DNA of 63,838 nt, filler included, from Octopus bimaculoides (Eukaryota), in the NCBI RefSeq assembly GCF_001194135.2. It is 6 parts of 5 records of this genome, joined end to end, with 100 filler letters (N's around TTAATTAATTAA, not from the genome) between each part and the next. Parts side by side here need not be neighbours in the genome. Positions count along the whole stretch, not along the records: positions 46,316 to 59,266 come from NC_068981.1; positions 59,367 to 62,695 come from NC_068983.1; positions 62,796 to 63,838 come from NW_026410721.1; 3 more parts are not named here. One strand, written 5' to 3'. The notes under the pieces were generated by a model. That model was given only the letters and a program-made list of their open reading frames with translations. It had not been told where the DNA came from and made no database searches. Numbering within the stretch: position 1 is the stretch's first letter; every line of letters begins with the position of its first letter. This document shows, piece by piece, positions 53,396 to 63,838 of the stretch. Position numbers and translations under genes: made by a program.

Positions 53396-55002
53396 TATTT
53401 TCATATGTATATTACAAACATACATAACTACACACAAGACACAACACACATATATATATGAAAGCAGTGTAGCTCACCATTGTACATGATACAATACTTT
53501 TGTAACCGATGGTTTGCATATGATTAGCCTAGTCACAACTTATCCATTTCAACTAAAGTATATGGAGTGAATTCAACAATAAATTTAATAATATACATAC
53601 TCCCTCACATCTTCATATCCTACTTTTGAAACTGTTTTCTACTCTAATTAGAATTTTTAAAGATTCTTACTATAAAGAATAGTTGTCTTTATGTTCACTA
53701 GAAGATATCCAAAAGTAAATATTTTCGACATAATTCTCATAGAACATATTGTGATTCTGTACTGGGAGCTATATTATCTTCATACAAAAGGTTGCTGAGA
53801 GCATCAAATCTAGAATTACTCTAAAACAGTTTCAAAGAAAAAGATGAACAGATGGGTGTGGAATACAACCTGACATAAATATCTTCATCAAGACTTATGT
53901 CCATGCAAATACACTACACACACACACACAAAGTAATACAAAATTCATTGCATTGTTGAGTATTGTCTTCCTATCAACCATCTTAGTAGAGAGATCCGCT
54001 TCTTTTTCCCTTTACTTGCGTCATTTCAAATTAAACTTGTCTAACTTTATTCACTTAGTCATTCTTATGCATCAGGTTGGGAGGAGTTAAAAAAGATTAT
54101 GCACACAACCATAAAGTTCAAGTTTCATATCCTACAAACCACCATCAGCTCATTCTTTTCAAATCTTCGCTGCTCACTTGAGTTCCTTTGTCGCATTGAA
54201 ATCATTAAAGCTAGTGATTCCTGGAAACACTGGTACCCTCCCTAGTGCTAATTAATTCACCTTGGCCAGTGTTTTCAATTAGGAAAAGAGAAGGAGCCCT
54301 AATGGAGACTGTGACGATTGAAAAACAGCAGATAAAGTGTCATATTTATGAGAGATTCCAGTTTTGTAACCTTGCTAAACATCATGTTGAAGAAAGAAGA
54401 ATTGCACAGATACAAAATCTAATCTGACTTTTCATTAATAAATGCAGAGTAGGGAGTGTCAAAATATGTCCCTCATATTCAATGTTTGAGTGAGGACAGT
54501 ATTTGTCAGTTTGAGAACACCAGACCTAAACACCATAGATTAAACTATTCCCAGGAAACCATCTTATGAGGTTTATAGTTTTCAGTCCCTGATTATTCAC
54601 TCAGTCAAGAAAAGGTGATTACTGAAATTCTACAACAAAAATGCTGCCATTTTTTGTACTACTAACATAACATGGAGTTTCCAATAATTTTCATTCTTTC
54701 ATGACAATTTTCCCTGGTGTTATCGAATTTTTAAAGCTACAACAACAACGATCAGTTTTCTTTCATGTTCAATTAATATAACGATATGTGAAATTTCCTA
54801 AATAATTCTTACACATCATAGACCATCCAGTTACGACTTGGTTGTGGGAACTATGCTGTCTGCATATAAAAAAATTGCCAAGAGTATTCAACCCGAATTA
54901 CTTATAACAGTTTCAAAGAAAACGACAAAAAGAAAGGTGTAAAAGACAGCCTTAAATTAATTTATAAAAGTGTGCGCGCGGAAACACAAGCACACACACA
55001 AT

Positions 55003-55036
<34 letters not shown>

Positions 55037-55327
55037 ACATAAAATGTGTGTACTCATAGTAACACTGACTTCTCTCTCAATCGACTGTCTTATCAAAATG
55101 TCGCTATCGTCATATCATGTAGCGATATTTTACTTTTTATTATCACTTCTTTTGTGTCTTTAAGAGGGTACAGCTTAAAAGAACACGGTTTAAAATCCAG
55201 CAATATAAATTGCAACGAATATTTATATGAGAAAATATTCGAGAAGATATAGAGAAATAAAAACAGGTCTTCAGATGTGTAAAAAATACTAGCACGTAAA
55301 TGAAAGTGCTAAAATCTAAAATCAAAT

Positions 55328-55396
<69 letters not shown>

Positions 55397-56061
55397 GACA
55401 CGAATTTGATGGTGGAAGTTAAATTTAAAGCACATTAAATAATATTAAATAACAAAAACTCAACGCGGAAAAACTCCATTAGATACTCAAAATTTTTGCT
55501 AAAAAGTTATCGAAGATTTCCATTTAAATGTTAATTTAAAACAAGATTTAACACTGTGTAAAGTATTGTATATTTCTTTGAAGGGTGACAAACTGACAAA
55601 GCATGTGAGAGCAACGTATTTAGTAGTAACAGGTCTTTACAGTTGTTAAATATTTGTGTAGCTCAACAAACTGTTGATATATATATATATATCTATACAC
55701 AACATTATTCTGATACGTATGTTGTTACGTTTCATTTTGTGTTTACACTTTTAAAGATTTCGCTCAAGGTACGTCACACCCACTGATTAAGCAGAGTGGA
55801 TTAGATTATTATGAACACACACACATACGAAGTTAATAAAACATTTCAGTAGTGAATTAAACTGGCCGGAACGATAGCATTATATTTAAGTAATATCATT
55901 AAGTAATAGCTGGATGAATAGTATTAGTAACAATAAATAAACTATTATTGTTATTATTATTATCAATTATTATTTCAATTAATGAGAAGAAATAAAATAT
56001 ATATAATATATATCAACTCGAGAATAGAAAACAATTAGCGTATGGAATATATTCCAGGTTG

Positions 56062-56688
56062 TCATTGATTAGTACCCACGTTTTTGGCTGTCGACGAGCC
56101 GGAGGAAGAGAAACAACAAGATTTAGTCGATGTTCGACTGGTCATATTCACTGTGTTGTCATTATCTACAGTGTTGTCGTTGATTGGTGGCAGTCTTTGA
56201 GCAATGGATGTGAACAATTCGGGAATATTTACAGCAACCAAGGCACTAGTTTCCACGAAAATAGCCTGTATAGAGTCAGCGTAAGCTTGGGCATCTTTAG
56301 CAGACACCTCTCGAAGATCCTCGGCATCACATTTATTTCCTGCAAGAGCAATAACTGCGTCAGTGACACCATGTTTCCGTAATCTTTTCACCCACTCCTT
56401 AGCAGATCTGTATGATGATTCCTTCGTAATATCATACACCACAATAGCAGCAGCTGCACCGCGAAAGTACATGGGTGCTAAAGCATGGTATTTCTCTTGT
56501 CCTGCTGTATCCCAGATTTGGAATCGGAATGTTTTGCTGTCCAACACTAAATTTTTTACCATGAAAGAAGCGCCAATTGTGCTGCCTGGATTCTCGCGGA
56601 AAGTATTTGTCACAAAACGCCAGACAATGCTTGTCTTTCCGACACCACTGTCACCGAGCAAACAAATCTTCACGTCTCTCAAAGCCAT
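56062..56688 (-). CDS. Rab22/Rab31-like (Rab5 subfamily) small GTPase, intronless, 208 aa (227 aa if the upstream ATG at 56745 is used)
   Basis: G1 GDSGVGKT, G2 TIGASF, G3 WDTAGQE, G4 GNKCD, G5 ETSA all intact in one uninterrupted ORF; MALRDVKICLLG start is Rab22/31-like. Confidence 0.93.
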   Translation of the reverse strand: MALRDVKICLLGDSGVGKTSIVWRFVTNTFRENPGSTIGASFMVKNLVLDSKTFRFQIWDTAGQEKYHALAPMYFRGAAAAIVVYDITKESSYRSAKEWVKRLRKHGVTDAVIALAGNKCDAEDLREVSAKDAQAYADSIQAIFVETSALVAVNIPELFTSIAQRLPPINDNTVDNDNTVNMTSRTSTKSCCFSSSGSSTAKNVGTNQ

Positions 56689-56914
56689 CTGAAGAGCGTT
56701 GTATTTATTCTTTGTTGTGTTGTCTTCCTGCAGGGCGTGTTTCACATTTATAACAAGTCCACAGTTGTAGTCTGTATGCTAGGCTATACACGTAACAGGC
56801 AGTACCACATTGCTAATAAGCATATCCCTACATAGGGAGGTCACCATTGGTGTGTTACCATAAACAGCATTTAAACGTAAACAAAACCACAACAGTCCAC
56901 TACCGTATGTAACA

Positions 56915-57025
56915 GGCGCTGGCCATCTTTGCTAATAATCAGGTGACAGGAAGTTAGCTAGTTACTGTGGATGGTAAAAAGAAAAATATCTTCATAGTTT
57001 TATGACTAAAGGAAGTAACTCCAAT
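56915..57025 (-). promoter_or_regulatory. Candidate promoter of the Rab gene
   Basis: YY1-like AAGATGGC (minus) and ETS-like GGAAGT twice, ~230-330 bp upstream of the ATG; motif-only evidence. Confidence 0.35.
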
Positions 57026-59266
57026 TTGATGACTACTATAGTTAACTCCCTTGAAAATTATTTTATTGTCTTGAAAAATTACAAGCATTTTAGAGAGGAA
57101 AAAACAAGGATTTGTATAAATGTTTGAAACATACGCTGAACCAGGACTTGTTGATTAAAATATTACTGCTGACTGGTAACGAAATCAATCTGTAATAAGC
57201 CAACGCGGGAACTTAGTTTTTGGTTCTCAATCTCGTGGCACACTGGCAAACAGGTACAAAAATTACCAGCGCACTAAAGAAAAAAATTACAAAAACAAAA
57301 TGAAAACTAAACATTACTGACGCACTTCGAATGGAAAGCTGAAAAAAAGTAAGAAAGAAGAGGGAAAAATAACATTTTCTTTGTATTTAGAGAATTAGAA
57401 AAAAAAAAAACGAAGAAAGCTATTGATCGTCTTTTTTTTAATAATTACACTCGTGTCAACCAAAATTATGAATAACCTGTTTTTTCAAGACGCCCAATTA
57501 TTGCAATGGATTTTTAAAAGGCTTAAATTGTATTTTTAATAAAACTCGATACAGCTTTCAAGAACCGTTACTTTTCACATTTGCTTTACCTTCTAGTCCA
57601 AACTACCTTCAACTCATATTCTACTGTTTCAATTAAAGAAAAGAAAAGTAGGTATATTATATGACGTAGTAGTTCTGGATATACTATCCTTAAGAAGAAA
57701 AATGACAAACACCTCTAATCATTGGTATACATGATCAGGGTTGATATGTGACTTAAACAGCATTGGCTAATCACAGTAACATGGACACCCTACTTTTGTA
57801 TTGATCAACCACACAGTTCTCAAAATAATGAAAAAAGAAAAAAAAAACTTTTTAAATGTAAATTTGGCTCTTCCGACGGATACCAAAGAGATAGGGGTGG
57901 GGGAATTCGTCGCTTTTATTTTTCTATCATGTATAATTAATTATGAGGTAGTTCCAAAAGGCAAATTGGAGAAAACCCATTATTTTGTGGTGACATTTAT
58001 ATGAAACTTTTCGATTACCATCGTCGGGAAGTTTGCAAAAGGAGTCAGTCCCATTTAATGTGTTAGAAATTAGAGATAAGGTTCTCGGTGAACTATAGTC
58101 ACGCCTCCAAACGAGATGAATGCCATATAATTATATTTTATAAGTAAGAGAGAGGTACAAGCAGCGTAAATGAACCGAAATGTCTACAGTTGAAAATCAC
58201 ATCTGGTTCATATGCACCTCTTCTCCAGAAAAATATTACTTATCCAATGACATTCATAATCATATCTTAAAAGAAGTAAGTTGTCATATTCATAACTTTT
58301 CAAAGAGCAAACATAAAGTGAAATGGTTGCAACTGAGATTCTGATTCGTGTCATGAATTTGACTTGCGTGGGCGAAACATCGTAGATAGGTTTATATCGT
58401 TGTTCGGCTGTGTAAGCTTTGAGACTGATGCAAAGAAAAATTAATTCCTGCGAGATTTCAGCTCAGAACTGATAATAAATTTAATCTGGTACCCTACCAT
58501 TTTTAATAACTCACTACCAGCGCTGGGTCAAGCTGATGTAAGGCCTGTAATAAATGCAATGAAGAGAACCCTAAATTAAAAACATATATATTTTATCGAA
58601 TTTTAATCATCTTTATGGATCCAGTTTCATATCTGAAGGACCAGTCAATAAGATCAATTAACACGAATGTGGATACACAAGTCGTTCACTACTGGTTTTT
58701 TGCTAGATGTGTACCTAGTTGAATCAAAAGTTTTTTCGTATATCAAGCTTAAATATTACTTATCCAATGACAAATTACATACGCAAAGCATTTATTTATC
58801 AAAATATATTCCATCATATCATTTCAACTATGGTAGTAGTTGAATAATATTCTTAACGTAGCTTTTTTTTTTGTCACAGACGTTGTCTCCGAAGCAGTCT
58901 CACTAATTCAGTTTTAATCGAAATCAAATTTAGTTTTTAGAATTATGTTTGACTAGTGATAAGCTACATTTAGACATAAAATGCTTAAAATCTGGTGCAG
59001 TAGAACAAAAGTTAAGAGAAAAAAATGTAGAGACCAAACTGGTTGACTGACGGGTAGTAACGCCCGGCATCGACACTTTGAATCCACACCATTGTTTTAT
59101 TTTCATTAAGAATTATTATATATGAAAGAGAAATGTTAATGGAATACATTAGTAAAGGTTTTGTAAAATTTCATCCACGAGAAAAAAGATACTTAATTTT
59201 CAAATTTTTATCAATTTTTGCGTGATAACAAAGGGACACTACTCAGGCATAACTACAGATTTCTCT

Positions 59267-59366
59267 NNNNNNNNNNNNNNNNNNNNNNNNNNNNNNNNNN
59301 NNNNNNNNNNTTAATTAATTAANNNNNNNNNNNNNNNNNNNNNNNNNNNNNNNNNNNNNNNNNNNN
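59267..59366. other. Artificial scaffold-join spacer
   Basis: N44-TTAATTAATTAA-N44. Confidence 0.93.
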
Positions 59367-59410
<44 letters not shown>

Positions 59411-60228
59411 ATTTTTTAAAATTTCATAGCGGTGGCTAAATTCAATAGACAACATATTTTCTTATATAATAGTGTACAAACAATTTACGTATTTACACAC
59501 GAAAGAGGTTTAGGCTTTAACTGCTCTTTCTAGCATGTAAGGTGTCCTGTTAAAGGTCACTTCTTTCGTGTATAAATACGCAAATTGTTAGTACACTATT
59601 ATATATATATACATATGATTAAAGAAGAAACATGATGGTATTTCTTTCGATAATTTAAAATTTTGGTACAAAGTGGCAAACTGTGAAAGACAGTAACAGT
59701 CAATCATATATCGATCTCGGCATCTGATTGTTGTTTTTATTTATTTTCATCATCGTTGGCAGTAATTGGCTCGGGAACATGGGGCGCAAGCGCACCCACT
59801 AAAATTTTTGTCGGGGTAGTGAAACCGCTTTGAACCTCCTCCCGAAAAACTTCATCGTGAAAAGGAACGAACGTAGAAACATTTTTAGACTGATTCGGAA
59901 CAATTTTTCTTTTTTTCTAGATCTCTCTGATTTGATTGTCGGACTAATATTATTATTATATCGTCCTGTTTTGTCATTTCATGTTGGTTTTATGTTAGCC
60001 CTTGTGGCCAATAAAAGAATAAACTATAATAATTAGTATTATTACTATTATTATGCCAACGAGCTGGTAGAATCGTTAACAGTATTTTCTTAACGAAACA
60101 CTTTGAAACTTGGGACACTGGTAGAATGTGTCATATAAAACATCTTTTACTCTTAGTCTTCTTAACAAAAAAAACGTACATCACAAGTTATTCCATGTTA
60201 AAGTTGTCGTATTTCTGTAATTTCAACC

Positions 60229-60483
60229 AATCACTGACGTCTATTCAGCTGAATAGAGTTACTGCTGGGCGGTCATAAAAATGTTATTCCCTGTGACATA
60301 TTTCATCCGGTTTAATCGTAATTTATACGCATATATTGTTTATATAATAAATTACGCTGTGCGTATCTATGTGTGTAACAATTTTAGAGTTCGGATTCTA
60401 GAGTTAGGGTTAGGGTTAGGGGATTAATACGATATACACCGTTACAGCGCTAACTGTTTTCAAGTGAATAGACGTCAGTGATT
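60229..60483. mobile_element. Inverted-repeat element containing (TTAGGG)3
   Basis: Perfect 19-bp inverted repeat aatcactgacgtctattca / tgaatagacgtcagtgatt; TTAGGG x3 at 60404-60421. Confidence 0.6.
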
Positions 60484-61825
60484 AGTAGAAATTATCGAAA
60501 TAAGTCAATTTTTTACATGAAATAAATTCGAATACAAAAATTTTTTTCTGTTCTATAACAAAAAATAGATAAGTATACGAAGTTTGAAAGTCTTTCGGTA
60601 CCAAAAACACTACATAAAACATAAATGAAAACTGGTGCCCCCGTTTTGAAATAGATCCGACAATTTCGGACCTGGGTTTGCACCCGCGAAGCTAATTTCG
60701 TCCCCGAGCTCATGGTTAGCGGGACGAAAAACCAAGACATCCATCCGCGTTTGGGGATTTGAATTCAGAATGTTGAACGCTACGAAGTAATGCCGAACAA
60801 TTTCATTCAGATACCCTAACCCTTTCTGTCATCGCTCTCATTAACAAGAAAAACAGTGAGAATAATAATAATAATAATTTCTCCATCTGTCATTCCATTA
60901 TCGACCTACAGCAGTTTGTTTATCCTGTATTATATACTATCACACTCATATGTCTTCACAGCGGGGCCTAGCAAAAATGTTTAAAAGATGTCTGTCTGTC
61001 TGTTTGTCAGTCTGTCTGTAATGATGTATGCGTGTAGAAATATGAAATGGAGTTATTGATTTCTCATCTTATATATATATATATATAGTTTTCATTTGAA
61101 ATATTTAGTATCTATTTCCTCACATCCATCAATAGGCTTTTTTATGCTCTCTGTATATGTGTATATATATATAATCAAGATTGGAGTTGATTCGTTCGAC
61201 AAAAATTCTTCAAGTCGGTGCCCCAGCTTGGTCGCAGTCTAATGACAAACAACTAGAAATATACAAACAAGGAAAAGGTTGGTAATGACCTCAAAGTTTC
61301 AGTTCAGTTCTTCTGTCTGAAGAAAATTGAGCCGAAACTCCGAAGTCACTGTCGACATTTTCAAAAAATATATGTGATACTTTAATTAAAGGAATCGAGC
61401 AATCTTTCGACTAATATTTGACTTAATCACTTTTTAGGAATAGTGAGTCTCGAAGCAACATTATGTTGAAACATGCTTTAACTTTTTTGCGCTCAAAAGG
61501 AATTTTCAGCCCAATATTTACATGCCGTTATTTATAGCTTTATCTGATTCAAGATCCATTTAACTTCAAAGCATATATCCACTTGGCTCAGTCTACTCGA
61601 CTGGTAAGCAGAAACCAAGTTAATATATTTTTTTCTCTCTTATTGAGGCAGAGGAACATGGTGAAAAGTAATGTGGTTAGAACTAGTGTCTTATCCACAA
61701 GAGATTTTCCTCTCGTCTACTAAACTCTCCAGAAACCTGTTTAATGGTATATACACACGAACCGTTGCAGTCTTTGAACAGATTATCGTATTCTATGCAC
61801 CGCCAGATGCATTCTTCATACACGC

Positions 61826-61858
<33 letters not shown>

Positions 61859-62695
61859 ACTGGCCCTGACTTTACAACAGAAGGCATTTATTGCCTAAAG
61901 CCATCTCATTTTGTATTCCTTTTCTTGGTTTTGTCATCATAACAGTTTATCAACAAGGAACATTGTTTCTTTGATCCGGTATAAGTAATATAACAAGATT
62001 AAGAGGAAAAGCAGTACTGCCTCGCCTTTGTTCCGCTTGTTTTACTTTTCTTTCCTTCCAATCTGTTCTGGGGTTGCTTAGGCATAAGAAAACATTTTCT
62101 TTTCGCTAGGAAGTGTATCCTCGATTTTTACTGACCTTAAAACATGGTCAGTGTATTTATATGACTGGTATCTAATTTCATCATGATCATTTCGACGTCC
62201 ATCTTTTCCATGCCTGCATGGGTCAGATGCAGTTTGCTGAGGCAGATTTTCTACGACCTGATGCCCCTTTTTGTTACTGCCAACACTCACCTTTTTTTTT
62301 CTTTTTTTCCAAGCAAAGGAATATATAACCCGATGGCTAGATATTTTGTTTTCTACTGGAAACGAAAGCATCGCTATTATGTGGTGATGTTTATTTATCA
62401 CCGCGTTGGTCCATGGGAAGAGTCATTTTAACGATGCATCCTGCCCAACTCTTCGAAACGCCGGTGTTAAAATGGGGGTAGCTGATGAAGGAAAATGTTC
62501 TCCATGTGGCTTGTGTGTTTTCTGTACTCTGGTTATTATTATTTTCTTGTCTACGTTTTGTTTGCAATGTCCTGTACCCAGATATGCACCTATATATACA
62601 GGTAGACGTAGGTATGCACACACCTGTACGTATATATGCATATACTCATTTATTATTTGTTATATATATACACACACACACACACACGTTTTTTT

Positions 62696-62795
62696 NNNNN
62701 NNNNNNNNNNNNNNNNNNNNNNNNNNNNNNNNNNNNNNNTTAATTAATTAANNNNNNNNNNNNNNNNNNNNNNNNNNNNNNNNNNNNNNNNNNNN
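62696..62795. other. Artificial scaffold-join spacer
   Basis: N44-TTAATTAATTAA-N44. Confidence 0.93.
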
Positions 62796-63657
62796 ATCAA
62801 CCAACAATAAATAACAAATGAATGTATATAAAATATTTATTATATCAATATAGAAAAATGTTGAACAATATTATAAAAAAGAAAATTATAAACGTGACAT
62901 TATTAACTTTACATTTATTAGAATATAAACTAATAGAAATATTAAATGCAAATCTTATCTTAACAAATCCCTCGCTTAAAATACAATTTAAACGAAGTTT
63001 TAGGTTAAAACTAAACTAAAATTTTAAACGTAATATAAATAACTTTAATTTTGATATAAGCTAACAAAAAGTAATTTATATAAATTAGTTTGTATAAAAA
63101 TTAATTTATATAAAAATGATTATATCACCATTAAATAAAAGAAAAACATTTAAAAAATTTATTGGAAAGAATTACAAAACTTATCTAATCGAATCTTTAG
63201 TTTAAATAAAATCTTAGTTAGAATATTAACTAATAATCAAAGGAATAATATAAAAAAAGCTACTTATTTATCCCATAAATCAAAAAGAAATAGTAAACAA
63301 TATTATTGGAAATAAATGCAACACTAAACTAAACTAATTGAAGTTTTGTTTTAAACAAAAATGTTAAACTTTATACTATTGACTGAGTGTAAAATAATAT
63401 ATATGCTAATATTAAATATCAATTGAATTAATATAAAAATACATATTCACCCAATCTGCAATAGTTTAAACTAAGATAACGTTATACTAATGAATAAGCG
63501 TATATCAGAAAGAAGTCGCGTGAAGATATTGCGTAAAGAAAAAGAATGAAAATTTTATTTATAAAATCATGAATGAAAATTAAAATTTATATAACTTAAA
63601 TCATAATAAAAGAATTAACTATATTGTAAACATTATTAACTTTACGTTTATTAATAT

Positions 63658-63838
63658 GTCGTTGGCACTCCATCGAGGGTTCCAGTTGATCCGATCAACG
63701 GAACAGCCTGCTCGTGAAATTAACGTGCAAGTGGCTGAGCACTCCACACACACGTGTACCCGTAACATAGTTCTCGGGGATATTCAGCGTGGCCCTTTGA
63801 AATACAGGTACAACAGAAACAGGAAGAAAGAGTGAGAG
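63658..63838 (-). mobile_element. SINE body, cut by the window end
   Basis: Near-identical to 37018-37228. Confidence 0.88.

Noticed and set aside
56059-56692. Plus-strand ORFs of 107 and 109 aa
   Set aside because: Antisense shadows of the Rab CDS.
46316-59266. Rab gene nested antisense within Nup88 intron 1
   Set aside because: Two artificial spacers separate it from Nup88 exon 1.
60675-60735. ttcgtccc/gggacgaa hairpin with hammerhead-like GGAC-GAAA
   Set aside because: No CUGAnGA and no cleavage triplet.
62796-63650. Very AT-rich block as a mitochondrial insertion or Penelope remnant
   Set aside because: No conserved rRNA or mitochondrial protein motif recognised; a BLAST search against the mitogenome and repeat libraries would be needed.

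Overview
AT-rich, microsatellite-saturated animal genomic DNA. The tRNA-derived SINEs and RTE, R4/Dong and Penelope content look like Octopus; this is inferred from repeat recognition, not a database search. The window is not one contig: five identical 100-bp spacers (N44-TTAATTAATTAA-N44) split it into six segments, so linkage across them is unsupported. Host genes: (1) a 63-nt first coding exon of CUX1/CASP (22009-22071, minus), missed by the ORF track; (2) head-to-head with it, exon 1 of Nup88 (23307-23636, plus); (3) an intronless Rab22/Rab31-like GTPase (56062-56688, minus) whose CC prenylation motif lies 16 aa from the C-terminus. The rest is decayed mobile DNA: R4/Dong, RTE and RTE-X LINEs, Penelope remnants, two Helitron helicase fragments, Tc1, hAT and other MITEs, and many SINEs and simple repeats. 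The most interesting non-coding signals are a minimal hammerhead ribozyme motif in a ~180-bp element, further decayed hammerhead cores, a hAT MITE expanding into a ~220-bp tandem array, and a minisatellite rich in U1-like ACTTACCTG motifs. Most ORF-track entries are microsatellite or N-gap artefacts. No rRNA, bona fide tRNA or CRISPR array was seen.
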